Notes: generated from the letters alone by a model not told the origin. A stretch of DNA of 64,000 nucleotides from Spirochaetota bacterium (GCA_963664815.2 CAXXHB010000003.1:1888001-1952000); one strand, 5' to 3'; shown: positions 1-11,112, numbered from the stretch's first letter. Translations and numbers: made by a program.

Positions 1-1608
1 GAAGCATTATCCTCCGGCAGCCCGGCAACAGCAGTTCAGATAGGTGATCCTATAACACAAAAAAAACTCTCTGATGCCATAATCAAAGAAGCAAGAGATG
101 CCGGGCTTTACAACTCGATTACAGATAATGGTGCAGGCGGACTTTCCTGTTCAGTTGCCGAGATGGCAAAAGAGTGCGGTGGTTTTATAGTAGAGCTTGA
201 AAAGGTTCCGCTTAAATATCATGGTCTTTCACCATGGCAGATCTGGGTTAGTGAATCCCAGGAGCGTATGACTCTTTCGGTACCGGAAAACAGGACAGAA
301 GAGTTTATATCACTGATGATTAAAAGGGGAGTGGAAGCTACAATAATTGGTAAATTCACTTCATCCGGAAGAGGAATAGTAAATTACAGGAACAGGGAAA
401 TATTCAATCTTAAACTTGATTTTCTTCATGACGGTCTGCCAAAACGTAATCTGTTTACTGAAGAGCCCCGGATAATAATTGAAAACCCGGAATTCAGTGA
501 GCCGTCAGATTATAATAAGGTGCTTCACGATATGATTTCAAGACTTAATGTGTGCAGTTTTGAATATATATCATCCCAGTACGATCATGAGGTTCAGGGA
601 AACTCAGTAATTAAACCGCTGCAGGGGAAAGGGAGGGTAAATTCAAATGTTTCTGTTATACGGCCGGTATTAACTTCGAACAAAGGAGTTGTCCTTTCCC
701 AGGGATTTTATCCTTCATACAGCGATATAGATACATACCGGATGGCAGCATGTTCAATAGATACAGCAGTAAGAAATGCCATTTCTGCCGGAGCTTCGTT
801 AGAGCATCTTGCTGTTCTTGATAATTTCTGCTGGTGTGATTCAAATAATCCCTTCAGACTATGGCAATTAAAAAAAGCTGCAAAAGCGTGTTATGATTTT
901 GCAGTTGCATATGGAACCCCTTATATTTCAGGCAAAGACAGCATGTTTAACGATTTCCATGGTTTTGATGAAAACTTTAATGCGCTGAATATATCTATAC
1001 CTCCAACGTTATTAATTTCTTCAATTGGTGTTATTAATGATATAACAAAAGCAGTAACCCTTGATTTTAAAGTTCCCGGTGATTTGATATATCTTATCGG
1101 AACCACAAAGAATGAAACCGGTGGCAGTGAGTATAATCTCTATATTAATGAAAAAGAATGTGATAAAAATCGAATCCGGACAAACATCCCGGAAGTTAAT
1201 GCCATAATTTTTAAAAAGATATATAAAGCTGTCGAACAGGCAATAGATGAAAGGCTTCTTGCATCATCAATAAGTATTGAAAGAGGTGGACTCGCCGTAG
1301 CATTATGTAAATCATCCGTGGCAGGTTTGTATGGATGCAGTATAAAGCTTGCCGGTATAACAAATAACGAAATCATAAGGAACGATATACTCCTGTTTTC
1401 TGAATCTCAGGGTAGATTTCTCGTAACAGTAAATCCGGACAGAAAAGATGTGTTTGAAAAATTATTTGCCGGACTTCCTTATTTTTTACTAGGAACAGTG
1501 GGAAAGAAAACATCATTCATAATAGATGGTATTGATGGTAAAAATATTATTGATACTGATATTTATGATGTTGAAGATAGTTATAAGAAAAAGCTAAAAA
1601 AATATTAA
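1..1608 (+). CDS. purL: Phosphoribosylformylglycinamidine synthase subunit PurL (5' part lies outside the window)
   Basis: Frame 1 is open from base 1 (AVQIGDP...ITDNGAGGLSCS). It contains WVSESQERM, QYDHEV, DNFCW, ISGKDSM and LFSESQGR motifs and is followed by purQ. Confidence 0.95.
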   Translation, partial: EALSSGSPATAVQIGDPITQKKLSDAIIKEARDAGLYNSITDNGAGGLSCSVAEMAKECGGFIVELEKVPLKYHGLSPWQIWVSESQERMTLSVPENRTEEFISLMIKRGVEATIIGKFTSSGRGIVNYRNREIFNLKLDFLHDGLPKRNLFTEEPRIIIENPEFSEPSDYNKVLHDMISRLNVCSFEYISSQYDHEVQGNSVIKPLQGKGRVNSNVSVIRPVLTSNKGVVLSQGFYPSYSDIDTYRMAACSIDTAVRNAISAGASLEHLAVLDNFCWCDSNNPFRLWQLKKAAKACYDFAVAYGTPYISGKDSMFNDFHGFDENFNALNISIPPTLLISSIGVINDITKAVTLDFKVPGDLIYLIGTTKNETGGSEYNLYINEKECDKNRIRTNIPEVNAIIFKKIYKAVEQAIDERLLASSISIERGGLAVALCKSSVAGLYGCSIKLAGITNNEIIRNDILLFSESQGRFLVTVNPDRKDVFEKLFAGLPYFLLGTVGKKTSFIIDGIDGKNIIDTDIYDVEDSYKKKLKKY

Positions 1609-1618
1609 GGAATTATAA

Positions 1619-2428
1619 ATGGCAAAACCTGCAACACTTGTTCTCACCGGGTATGGAATAAATTGTGAAGAGGAAACCGCTTTTGCTTTTGAAATTGCCG
1701 GTTCTGATGCAAAAATTATTCATATTAATGATCTTATTGAAAACCGAAGAATGCTTGATGATTTTCAGGTGCTTGTTTTCCCCGGTGGATTTTCATATGG
1801 TGATGATACCGGCAGCGGGAAGGCACTGGCTAACAGAATAAAGAATAATCTTTTTGAAGAGATAAAAAAATTTGCAGAAAGAGATACATTAACTTTAGGA
1901 ATATGTAATGGTTTTCAGGTTCTTGCAAACCTTGGATTGCTTCCTCAAATTGAGGAATTCAACGGAAAAGCGAGTATAGCGCTTGAATATAATAAATCTT
2001 TCAGGTATCAGTGCCGATGGGTGGACGTGATTATTGAAAAAGATTCCCCGTCTGTTTTTACAAACGGTATTGAAAAAATGCATATTCCTGTTGCTCATGG
2101 GGAAGGAAACTTTTACGCTCCGGAAGATATCCTTTGTAAAATTGAATCAATGAATCTTGTATCGATGCGATATATAAAAAATGATGGATCAAGGGCCTGT
2201 TCGGAATTTCCTTTTAATCCAAATGGATCTATGAATGATATTGCATCTATATGTTCTCCAGACGGCAGAATTATGGGAATGATGCCGCATCCGGAGAGGG
2301 GTATGTTTTTTACGCAGAGAGATGACTGGACTTTATTAAAAGAGGAATATATACGGAAAGGGAACGAAATTCCGGTTTATAGTGATTGTATAACACTATT
2401 TAAGAATGCTGTTGAATATTTCAAATAA
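1619..2428 (+). CDS. purQ: FGAM synthase glutaminase subunit PurQ
   Basis: GYGINCE, PGGFSYGD, LGICNGFQ (catalytic Cys), PVAHGEG, NPNGS and MMPHPER (His-Glu) motifs. Confidence 0.96.
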   Translation: MAKPATLVLTGYGINCEEETAFAFEIAGSDAKIIHINDLIENRRMLDDFQVLVFPGGFSYGDDTGSGKALANRIKNNLFEEIKKFAERDTLTLGICNGFQVLANLGLLPQIEEFNGKASIALEYNKSFRYQCRWVDVIIEKDSPSVFTNGIEKMHIPVAHGEGNFYAPEDILCKIESMNLVSMRYIKNDGSRACSEFPFNPNGSMNDIASICSPDGRIMGMMPHPERGMFFTQRDDWTLLKEEYIRKGNEIPVYSDCITLFKNAVEYFK

Positions 2429-2491
2429 ATATACGGATAGTCTGATCTATAAAAGAAGCATTGAAATTCAGTAATCGGGATAAATAAAAAA

Positions 2492-3547
2492 ATGAAAAAA
2501 ATAATTCCAGTTCTAATCAGTTTAATTTTTTTACAGGGATGCACCAAGTGGTTTGTTAATTCTCTTAATTCGGAAACAGTTGCTACAATTAAAAGCGGCG
2601 ATGGGCCGGGGCAGATTCAGATTGTAAGAGATGAATATTCACTTAATGATCTGTCGTTTAAGATTGAAGTACATAAAGATAAAATTATTACTGCTGATAA
2701 CAACCTGAAAAGATTACAGATATTAAACAGCAGTTCAAATCCGGAACTGATTATAGGCGCTCTCCAATCGATTGATAAAAACAAGTATAAAACAGTAAAC
2801 TTCAATTTTAATATAATCGGCTCTTTTACTATGGATGATGATAACAACCTGTATGTCCAGAACAGACTTATTACAAAGACTGCAGCAGCAGGAGACCGGG
2901 AAGGAGCAAATTTTTCGCCATCATACATTCTTGTTTTTAATGAGAATGGTGAACTGCAATATACAATGGGTAAAACCGGAACTCCTGATATACCATTCTT
3001 CTACATAGAAAAGCTTTTCATAGATTCTGACGACAGATTATTTGTATTATCAAGAACATTCAATACATGGGAATTGTTCAGATTCAATAAACGGAAAAGA
3101 GAGAAATATGTTGATTTTTCAAAGCTTAATTTTACAGAAACGGAGAACAATAATAAATATAACGGTAAAATTGAAAACATTGTAATTCTGAAAAGCGGAG
3201 ATGAAGTTATAATATCAGTGGCGTATTATCATGATATAAGGTTTAAATATAGAAAGATATATGAGTTTTCACTTGAAAAAGATAAAATAGTAAGAGAGAT
3301 TACAAACATCCAGGATCCGAAGAATGTACTTTTCAATATAGTTGATGATAAAATTTTATATTTCTGGAATATAGAGGGGAAAGAGATCAAGTTCATGCTT
3401 GTAAATATGGATGGAAATATTATCAATAATGTTAAAGTAGAATTTGATAATAACAATATTTTTTCAAAAATTATTTATGATGAAAATGGCACAATATATT
3501 CATATCACATATATGATGACAAAATGAAAATTTTCGAATGGAAATAA
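2492..3547 (+). CDS. Lipoprotein, probable beta-propeller (NHL-like)
   Basis: Signal peptide with lipobox LQGC and repeated beta-strand units (DDDNNLYV, DSDDRLFV, DENGTIY). Confidence 0.6.
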   Translation: MKKIIPVLISLIFLQGCTKWFVNSLNSETVATIKSGDGPGQIQIVRDEYSLNDLSFKIEVHKDKIITADNNLKRLQILNSSSNPELIIGALQSIDKNKYKTVNFNFNIIGSFTMDDDNNLYVQNRLITKTAAAGDREGANFSPSYILVFNENGELQYTMGKTGTPDIPFFYIEKLFIDSDDRLFVLSRTFNTWELFRFNKRKREKYVDFSKLNFTETENNNKYNGKIENIVILKSGDEVIISVAYYHDIRFKYRKIYEFSLEKDKIVREITNIQDPKNVLFNIVDDKILYFWNIEGKEIKFMLVNMDGNIINNVKVEFDNNNIFSKIIYDENGTIYSYHIYDDKMKIFEWK

Positions 3548-3554
3548 AATAATA

Positions 3555-5072
3555 ATGAAAGTGGTAACCTCCGCTGAGATGAGAGAAATTGACCGGATTT
3601 CGATAGAAGAAATCGGGATACCCTCGTCAGTATTAATGAATAATGCAGGTAAATCTGTTGCTGAAATTATAATGCATAGATTTAAAGATAAAAAAATAAT
3701 AATATTCTGCGGGACAGGTAATAATGGAGGTGATGGCTTTACAGTTGCATATTATCTGTTAAACAATGGTATGGAACCTGTAATATATCTTTCAGGAAAA
3801 AAGAACAGGGTTTCAGAAACATCAAAAATATTTCTTGATCTCTGCGGAAATATGAATTTAAAAATAAATGAAATTGATGAAAATAACATTTCCACAATAT
3901 CAATAAATAAAGACTCTGTAATTGTTGACGCTATACTTGGTACAGGTTTTGAAGGTATTCCGAAGGGAATTCATAAAGAATTTATAAAACTGATAAATAG
4001 TTCAGATAACAAAGTGATATCCATTGATGTACCAAGTGGTCTCAATTCTGATGGTATGCTTCCATCTGGTGAATGTATTAAAGCAGATTTTACTGTTACT
4101 ATAGGACTCCCAAAAATTTCTCTTGTGACATATCCATGTAAATCATTCTGCGGTGAACTGACAATTGTTGATATAGGTTTCCCGTCATTTCTTACATCTG
4201 ATGAAAAACTGAAGGTAAAACTTATAAATGAAAGTTTTTTCAGAGATTTAAAAATTAATAATTCAGACAATGATATACATAAAGGGGAAAGGGGGCACAC
4301 TCTTTTAATCGGTGGATTTAACGGGATGGAGGGCGCTGCAATTCTGACAGCATCTGCGCTTTTTAATACAGGTGCGGGTCTGGTAACGATTGCAACTGAA
4401 AATGAATCACGCAGACTAATTGCCGGAAAAGTTCCTGAAGCAATGACTTTATCTCTGCCGGATGATCCTGAATCATTTATCCTGGGAGATTTTATTAAAT
4501 CAAAAAAAATTACAACTTTAATAATAGGGCCTGGTCTTGGAAGAACATCATATTCTGAAAAAATATTCAGGAATACAATCGGATCGATCATTGGTACAGG
4601 AATAAAAAAAGTTCTCATTGACGGGGATGGACTTTTTTTTCTGGCGGATTTTATAAAGTATGACAGACTGCCGGCTGATATAGATTTTATAATAACACCA
4701 CATTTTATGGAAGCATCAAGAATTTTAATGAAAGATATTGATGTTATAAAAAGTAACAGATTGGAGAGCTGTAAGGAACTTGCAGGTTTTACAGGCTGCA
4801 TCGCTGTATTAAAAGGTCCTGCAACTATTGTTTCAGATGGTTATAATTCATTTATAAATACAACAGGCAATAACGGATTAGCTACTGCGGGTTCTGGTGA
4901 TGTTTTGTCCGGCATTATCGGTGCATTTATGAACAGGGATATAACATGTGCAGAAGCTGCTGCAGCCGGTGTTTATATTCATGGATTATGTGCTGATATC
5001 TTTGGAAAGAGAGCTTCTGTTTCAACAATGAGCGCTGCTGATATAATACAGAATATAAGAGTAGCAGTGTAA
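3555..5072 (+). CDS. nnr: Bifunctional NAD(P)HX epimerase/dehydratase (NnrE-NnrD, YjeF)
   Basis: GNNGGDG, DAILGTG and DVPSG (epimerase); HKG..G, IGPGLG, TPH, LKG and AGSGDVLSG (dehydratase). Confidence 0.93.
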   Translation: MKVVTSAEMREIDRISIEEIGIPSSVLMNNAGKSVAEIIMHRFKDKKIIIFCGTGNNGGDGFTVAYYLLNNGMEPVIYLSGKKNRVSETSKIFLDLCGNMNLKINEIDENNISTISINKDSVIVDAILGTGFEGIPKGIHKEFIKLINSSDNKVISIDVPSGLNSDGMLPSGECIKADFTVTIGLPKISLVTYPCKSFCGELTIVDIGFPSFLTSDEKLKVKLINESFFRDLKINNSDNDIHKGERGHTLLIGGFNGMEGAAILTASALFNTGAGLVTIATENESRRLIAGKVPEAMTLSLPDDPESFILGDFIKSKKITTLIIGPGLGRTSYSEKIFRNTIGSIIGTGIKKVLIDGDGLFFLADFIKYDRLPADIDFIITPHFMEASRILMKDIDVIKSNRLESCKELAGFTGCIAVLKGPATIVSDGYNSFINTTGNNGLATAGSGDVLSGIIGAFMNRDITCAEAAAAGVYIHGLCADIFGKRASVSTMSAADIIQNIRVAV

Positions 5073-5113
5073 ATAATTTTTCAATTGATAAAAATAAAAA
5101 AAACGGAATAGTT

Positions 5114-5494
5114 ATGGAAAAATTCAGACCGCCATGTGTAGAATGCGGAGGAAGTTGTTGTGATTATATTGCTGTTGAAATTGAAAAACCAACCCGGAAA
5201 AAAGACTATGACAGCATTCGCTGGTATCTTGCTCATAAAAATGTTAATGTTTTTATTGATCATTCTAAAACATGGTATGTTGAATTTCGTACAGCCTGTG
5301 ATAAAAAAAATTCTGTGAACAAGTGCATTATCTATAATAAACGTCCATCAATCTGCAGGGGGCATGGAAATTCAGAAGGTTCATGTGAATACTATGATTC
5401 TCCTTACATGGAATATTTTTCATCTTTAAAGGAATTCGAAAAATATCTGGATAACAAGAAAATTGACTGGAAATTCAATTTTCTTAAGAAATAA
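5114..5494 (+). CDS. YkgJ-family (CxxCxxCC) cysteine-cluster protein
   Basis: CVECGGSCC ... C ... CIIYNKRPSICR pattern. Confidence 0.8.
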   Translation: MEKFRPPCVECGGSCCDYIAVEIEKPTRKKDYDSIRWYLAHKNVNVFIDHSKTWYVEFRTACDKKNSVNKCIIYNKRPSICRGHGNSEGSCEYYDSPYMEYFSSLKEFEKYLDNKKIDWKFNFLKK

Positions 5495-5657
5495 GGCCAC
5501 TTCTTGTTATAGTTCTGCTGCCTAAAAATCCGGTTAAGTTTTTCCTGTAAAAAGAGTGTATCGTTAATATTTATTTAAACATTAAATAATAAAAAAGTGA
5601 TGATAGCATCATTCTTTCTTTATAAAGTAATTTTTAAATAAATCCGATTACATATAT

Positions 5658-6749
5658 ATGAATATAAATAAATTATTTATAAAGATATTTATTATTTTAT
5701 TTATTTTTTTTATTATCAATCAGAGGATACTATCTGCAGAAAAAATCAGTGATCCCATTGATAATTCCTATATAATAAATAATCTTAAGATGGAAAGTGA
5801 CTCTGCGCCTGCATCCGGGGAACAGGATTCGGAAAGTGGTGAAATAATCTTTGATAACAGTTTTGATGATGATCTGGCTAATAAATCAAAATCAGATATT
5901 AAAAATATTTATAAAGACAGTTTAAAAAATAAAAAATCTTCTGATAAAAGACTTCATTTGAGTGAGTACCGGGTTAAAAGAAATGAAAACCTGTGGAAAA
6001 TAGCTAAAAAATCAGGAATGAATATCAATGAACTTATTGAAATAAACAAATTAAAAAAACCTGAATTATTAAAAGAAAATGATATTATTCTCATGCCATC
6101 AACAAAAGGTATCTTTTACAAAATAAAGAAGGGTGATACTCTTACAGGTATATCACAAAAATTTAAAACAGAAGTTGATATAATAGCGGAGCATAATAAT
6201 ATTGATGGACGAAGAATATTAATAGGAAAAAAAATATTTATTCCTGATGCTGTTGAAACAGTAAAATCTGGACCTGTAAAAAAGAAAGAGATTAAAACTG
6301 AAGCTGAAAGAATACCTCAGATAGCATCTGTCAAAAAAAATAATGAAAAAAACTCCGCTGAAAAAATATCTTTTAAATGGCCTATTCATGGACCGATAAC
6401 TTCAGGTTTCGGAATAAGAACGCATCCATTTTCAGGAGATAAAAGATTTCATTGCGGACTTGATATAGGAGCTGAAGAGGGAACGATAGTAAGATCGTCA
6501 GGGGATGGTTCCGTTATTTTCAGTGGCTGGAAAGAAGCTTATGGTAATATGATTGTTGTTTCTCATAAAAATAATTATATTACCATATATGCTCACAATA
6601 GTAAAAATCTTGTTGATGTGGACGAGAAGGTAGTAAAAGGTCAGAAAATTGCTCTTTCAGGTAAAACCGGTGCGGTAACAGGAGCGCATCTTCATTTTGA
6701 AATAAGAAAAGGAATTGTTCCTCTCAATCCATTAAGGATTTTAAAATAA
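5658..6749 (+). CDS. LysM-domain M23 metallopeptidase (cell wall)
   Basis: N-terminal TM, two LysM repeats (YRVKRNENLWKIA; YKIKKGDTLTGIS), and M23 motifs WPIHG, HCGLD and HLHFEI. Confidence 0.92.
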   Translation: MNINKLFIKIFIILFIFFIINQRILSAEKISDPIDNSYIINNLKMESDSAPASGEQDSESGEIIFDNSFDDDLANKSKSDIKNIYKDSLKNKKSSDKRLHLSEYRVKRNENLWKIAKKSGMNINELIEINKLKKPELLKENDIILMPSTKGIFYKIKKGDTLTGISQKFKTEVDIIAEHNNIDGRRILIGKKIFIPDAVETVKSGPVKKKEIKTEAERIPQIASVKKNNEKNSAEKISFKWPIHGPITSGFGIRTHPFSGDKRFHCGLDIGAEEGTIVRSSGDGSVIFSGWKEAYGNMIVVSHKNNYITIYAHNSKNLVDVDEKVVKGQKIALSGKTGAVTGAHLHFEIRKGIVPLNPLRILK

Positions 6750-7798
6750 TGATTAATAAATTATTACTTTCCGTCCTCTTTTTTATTTTAGGCAACGGGT
6801 TATTGTCTGCAAATATGAAATATGAAGAAGAAAGTACAAAAACGAAAATTTATTTTTCATACAATGACAAAACAGGTCAGGATGCCCTTGTAAAGGGTAA
6901 AATAATTTCGATATCCACAAGTGAAGTTTTACCGGAGAATGAATTATCAGGAGTATTACAGGAAAGAACTAAAGCAACTGTCAGGCTGATCGATAAAGAA
7001 GGAATTCATTCAGATAACATTCTTTATGTAATTGATCCGAACAATATAGTAGTTTCAAAACTCAATGTAAAATATTTATTTGATAATAAGACATTTGGAA
7101 ATATGCTGATAGGCTATGGCAATCTCAGATTAAGTAATGAAGGTTACAGAGTCGCTATGGCGGTTGTTGAAAATAAAACCGAAGATTCCTTTATATATAA
7201 ATCCAGAGGAGATTATTATTTCAGAACCGGCGATAAAGGTAAAGCTATTGCGGAATATAAAAAAGCAATTGAAATGGATAGAGGAGATCCTTCGCCAAGA
7301 TTGGCTCTGGGGATGATTTATTACCAGGATAAAATATACAATTTTGCTTTTGCAGAACTCTCAGCAGCATATAAAAGTATAAGCAGTATGTATGATAATG
7401 AAGACAGATTTATCCTGTTAAAATCACTGGCCGAGATCAGGGAGATTTATACATACAGCAATGAAGATACATTCCAGAATAAGGTAAGGTACAGGAAAGA
7501 AGGGATCAGATACTGCAAAGAAGCATTAATGATTCATAAAAATTCAATTGATGTAAATTATCTGCTTGGCCAATTTTATTACCGACAGATAGAAATAAAC
7601 AGTGATGATGATAAACTTGCTAAAGATATGTTTCTTAAAGTAATAAAACTAAACGAATTGCATGCTGGCGCCAATCTGCGGCTCGCAGAGCTTTACCTTA
7701 AACATAATAATAAGGAGAAAGGTCTTTTTTACGCAAAAAAAGCTTCAGAAGCAGATCCTTCAAATCAGAAAGCTCTTGAAATACTCAAACATGAATAG
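6749..7798 (+). CDS. Exported tetratricopeptide-repeat protein
   Basis: Signal peptide and TPR helices (RGDYYFRTGDKGKAIAEYKKAIEMD; YLLGQFYY; RLAELYL). Its start overlaps the upstream stop by 1 bp. Confidence 0.75.
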   Translation: MINKLLLSVLFFILGNGLLSANMKYEEESTKTKIYFSYNDKTGQDALVKGKIISISTSEVLPENELSGVLQERTKATVRLIDKEGIHSDNILYVIDPNNIVVSKLNVKYLFDNKTFGNMLIGYGNLRLSNEGYRVAMAVVENKTEDSFIYKSRGDYYFRTGDKGKAIAEYKKAIEMDRGDPSPRLALGMIYYQDKIYNFAFAELSAAYKSISSMYDNEDRFILLKSLAEIREIYTYSNEDTFQNKVRYRKEGIRYCKEALMIHKNSIDVNYLLGQFYYRQIEINSDDDKLAKDMFLKVIKLNELHAGANLRLAELYLKHNNKEKGLFYAKKASEADPSNQKALEILKHE

Positions 7799-7814
7799 TT
7801 AAAGCAATAGTTTC

Positions 7815-7843
7815 TTGACATTTTAATCTTCTGATGGTAGACA
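7815..7843 (+). promoter_or_regulatory. Putative sigma70 promoter (TTGACA-N17-TAGACA with TGn extension)
   Basis: Perfect -35 at 7815-7820, TG at 7835-7836 and a -10-like box at 7838-7843. This suggests the downstream gene starts at ATG 7864. Confidence 0.4.
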
Positions 7844-7863
7844 TTGAGACGGAAAGTCTTTAT

Positions 7864-8322
7864 ATGTTTATATCAATTTTATTAATTACAATTTCATTTA
7901 CATTTTGCCTCCAGATTCTTGTAATAATTCAATACCTTTTAACAAAGGGGGAAAGCTATTACAGAATTTTTCTGGGGACATTTGTAATTAATACAATTCT
8001 GATGATTATAGCCAGTATTTCCATACTGAAATATCCCTCCACTTTTGTTGCAATAGATATCAAATTTATATTATGGCTGATTTCAGGTTTTATTCTGATT
8101 TTTATTCTTTTCATAAAGATCAGTACTCTTCTGAAAATTTATAAAAGAACAAAAAATCCTGAATACTACACTATAAATTTTTTCGGGAAAAAAGTTTTCG
8201 CAAAAGGAATAATCAAACAGCATGAGTTTATTACATTGCTTCTGACGATGCCTTTTTTTCTTCTGGTTGGATCTTATTTTGTAGCAAGACTAATTAATAT
8301 TATACTTTATGGGCACCTTTGA
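7864..8322 (+). CDS. Hypothetical 4-TM membrane protein
   Basis: ORF 7834-8322 with four hydrophobic segments. Start moved to 7864 because of the promoter position. Confidence 0.65.
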   Translation: MFISILLITISFTFCLQILVIIQYLLTKGESYYRIFLGTFVINTILMIIASISILKYPSTFVAIDIKFILWLISGFILIFILFIKISTLLKIYKRTKNPEYYTINFFGKKVFAKGIIKQHEFITLLLTMPFFLLVGSYFVARLINIILYGHL

Positions 8323-9442
8323 TCTTTACAAGTTTACTTATTAATTCAATATGGTAAGTACATGGGAACATGTCAATCATTGTCAATTTCTCCAGTTTGT
8401 ATCCGTTTTTAAGAAAATCAACAATATCTCTTGAATAAGTAGATGGGTTACATGATACATATACAATTATATCCGGATTCATCGAATTAATTGTCCATCT
8501 TCCTTTTTTTGAGATCCCATTTCTTGGAGGATCAACAATTACAGTTTTAGGATTTATTCTCACCGGATTTATGTCAGATTCGGAAACAGGAAAGAACTTA
8601 AGATTATTACAATTATTTAACAAAGAATTATCAATAGCAAATTTTATGCTTGTATGATCAATATCATATCCTGTACCATGTGACGATATTTTTGAAAGAG
8701 GAATTGTTAAAAAACCGCAACCAGCACATATATCTGTAAATTCATCATTTTCTGTTAATTCACTGTAATCACATACAAGGTCTGACATTTTTTTTCTCAG
8801 AAATCTGTTACTCTGAAAAAAACTGTTAACATTTCTTCTGAAATAGTAATCACCGGTTTTTTCTTCAATAACAGAATATTTATCCTGATTATTAAATATA
8901 TTCCCTTTCCAGTCTTCGGCTAATTTTAAATCACCGGCAACATCACGTGTGTTCAATAATTCTATTCCATTAATCAGCTTATCAGAAATCAGAAGGCATC
9001 CTGAAGCAGGAAATGGAACAATTCTATTTGAGTTTTTACTGTGAAAACCTTTTATGATGCCGTCACATTTTATATTACAATGACTTCTATAATGATATCT
9101 TTCATCAGATATAATATTTATATTAACCTTATCTTCAATAAGGGCGATTCTTTTTAAATGGTCTCTGATTATTTTTATTTTAGATTCTATTTCATCTGAA
9201 TATTCTAAATTAAGATAGGAGCATCCGCCGCAAATTTCGAAATTACAGCATAATGGATTTATTCTTTTATCAGACGGCTTTAATACTTCTTTACATACAG
9301 CAAAAGAAAAACTTTTTCTTTCATCATAAACTTCTATCGCCATCTCATCACCGGGGATTGCATTATTCACAAAAACGGCTTTCCCATTTATTCTTCCAAC
9401 TCCGTATCCTCCATAGGCTATATTATCAATTTTTATTTTCAT
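8300..9442 (-). CDS. rlmD: 23S rRNA (uracil-C5)-methyltransferase, RlmD/TrmA family
   Basis: TRAM N-terminus (IAYGGYGVGR), Fe-S motif C..FEICGGC, SFFQSN, VDPPRNG, YVSCNP (catalytic Cys) and DMFPCTYHIE. Confidence 0.9.
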   Translation of the reverse strand: MKIKIDNIAYGGYGVGRINGKAVFVNNAIPGDEMAIEVYDERKSFSFAVCKEVLKPSDKRINPLCCNFEICGGCSYLNLEYSDEIESKIKIIRDHLKRIALIEDKVNINIISDERYHYRSHCNIKCDGIIKGFHSKNSNRIVPFPASGCLLISDKLINGIELLNTRDVAGDLKLAEDWKGNIFNNQDKYSVIEEKTGDYYFRRNVNSFFQSNRFLRKKMSDLVCDYSELTENDEFTDICAGCGFLTIPLSKISSHGTGYDIDHTSIKFAIDNSLLNNCNNLKFFPVSESDINPVRINPKTVIVDPPRNGISKKGRWTINSMNPDIIVYVSCNPSTYSRDIVDFLKNGYKLEKLTMIDMFPCTYHIELISKLVKIKGAHKV

Positions 9443-9502
9443 TTAACCCTTCTGTTTTATTTTAAAAGTCCAATTGATTGAATAATATTGTAAAAAATAT
9501 AA

Positions 9503-9532
9503 TTGACTTTATATTTTTCTACAAAATAAAAT
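9503..9532 (+). promoter_or_regulatory. Putative sigma70 promoter (TTGACT-N18-TAAAAT)
   Basis: Near-consensus hexamers upstream of the lipoprotein gene at 9559. The AT-rich context lowers specificity. Confidence 0.4.
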
Positions 9533-9558
9533 AATATATCATTTAGAAAGGATTATTT

Positions 9559-11112
9559 ATGAAATGCAGTAAAAAATTGATATCATGGTTATTCTTATTT
9601 TCTTTGATAATTTCATGCAAGAATTCAAAAAATTATGAGGTTGAACCGAATAATACATTTTCCAATGCCAACACAATTGAGATAAATAAGGAAATTTATG
9701 GCTTTCTAGATAGTGAAAATGATATCGACAATTATATTTTAAATGTTACTGAAGAACAGATTCTTAAATTAGAACTAAGCGGGATTAAGGGTGTAAATCA
9801 CGCCATCAATATTTATAAGAATGAAAACTCCAAACCTCAATTATTAAAAGTAATTGATGATAACAGGAAATCCGCAGGTGAAATTTTTTCAAATCTTTAC
9901 GTACAAACAGGGCAGTATATATTTACAATAACTCATGGAAGCAGAGATTTAAAAAAAGGGAACACCGAAACTCCTTATAAATTTTTAATCACTTCAAGAC
10001 CTTATATGAATGAAGAAAAGGAGCCGAATGACAATCCATATTCAGCTAACCAGATAGCTGATCAAGCCGCGATAATTGGTTATTTTTCACCGGGACAGAA
10101 TATATTGAATAATGACCAGAAATATAAAATGAGAGAAACGGACTGTTATAAATTCAATGTCATTATTTCCGAGAATGTTCCTGTTTTAATAGATATACAG
10201 TTAACGGGAGTTAAGGGTGTCGATTCAGTTCTCACACTTTTTAATAGCGGCATGGAGGAAATTTTATCAGTTGATAACGCGGCAACAGGAGAAGGCGAGA
10301 CGATCGCTGATTTCGGCATTAAAGATTCTGGTGATTACTATATACAGGTAAGTTCAAAAAATTTTCTTTTTAATAATGATATTCCATATGAACTCAGACT
10401 TAAATATAAAACATTTGAACGAAATTCTGAACTGGAGGTGAATAACAGCTTTGATAAGGCAAATATAATAACTGATAATACAATGAATGGGAAAATCAGC
10501 AGTTTAGATGATCGTGATTATTTTCTTTTTATCCCTCCTTTGAAAAACAAAAATTATAAAGCTAAATGTATCGGTGCCGATGGAATGGATATTATCATGA
10601 CTATCTTTGATAATAACAGAAATAAATTATTTGAAATAAATAATATTAAAGGTGGCGGTGCAGAGATAATTCCATGTTTTTTAATCAGTAATTCCGTTTA
10701 TTTTTTAATTTCCGCATCGGCACTCTCTACTGCTGAACCAAGATATACGCTTGAAATTGAAAAACTCGATTCAAATGATATATTCGAGACTGAACCAAAC
10801 AACACAAAAGCAACCGCAAATTTGGTCAACAGACAGGTAAAAGGTTTTATCACTTATAAAAATGATATTGATTATTATATGGTAAAATATGAAGAAAGAA
10901 AAAAAGTTAAAATTACAGTCAGGGGAGTAAAAGATGGAAAGATTAAAGTCTCAACGACTGATCCTCAGGGTTTTATTATTAAAACAAAAGAAATACAATC
11001 TGATGAGGAAGTTTCTTTAACAGAAATTTTTGATAAAAAAGGATATATTATTGTTGAACCTATAGTTCCAAATTTTGAATATCCATATACGATTACATTA
11101 GAGGAATTATAA
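9559..11112 (+). CDS. Lipoprotein with four tandem pre-peptidase C-terminal (PPC)-like repeats
   Basis: Lipobox IISC. Repeats EVEPNN, EKEPND, ELEVNN and ETEPNN are each followed by A-N-x-I/V and a DxDxY/F-type motif. Confidence 0.75.
   Translation: MKCSKKLISWLFLFSLIISCKNSKNYEVEPNNTFSNANTIEINKEIYGFLDSENDIDNYILNVTEEQILKLELSGIKGVNHAINIYKNENSKPQLLKVIDDNRKSAGEIFSNLYVQTGQYIFTITHGSRDLKKGNTETPYKFLITSRPYMNEEKEPNDNPYSANQIADQAAIIGYFSPGQNILNNDQKYKMRETDCYKFNVIISENVPVLIDIQLTGVKGVDSVLTLFNSGMEEILSVDNAATGEGETIADFGIKDSGDYYIQVSSKNFLFNNDIPYELRLKYKTFERNSELEVNNSFDKANIITDNTMNGKISSLDDRDYFLFIPPLKNKNYKAKCIGADGMDIIMTIFDNNRNKLFEINNIKGGGAEIIPCFLISNSVYFLISASALSTAEPRYTLEIEKLDSNDIFETEPNNTKATANLVNRQVKGFITYKNDIDYYMVKYEERKKVKITVRGVKDGKIKVSTTDPQGFIIKTKEIQSDEEVSLTEIFDKKGYIIVEPIVPNFEYPYTITLEEL

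Noticed and set aside
3971-4801. 276-aa antisense ORF inside nnr
   Set aside because: Shadow ORF on the opposite strand of a well-supported gene, with Ser/Ile/Pro-biased composition and no motifs.
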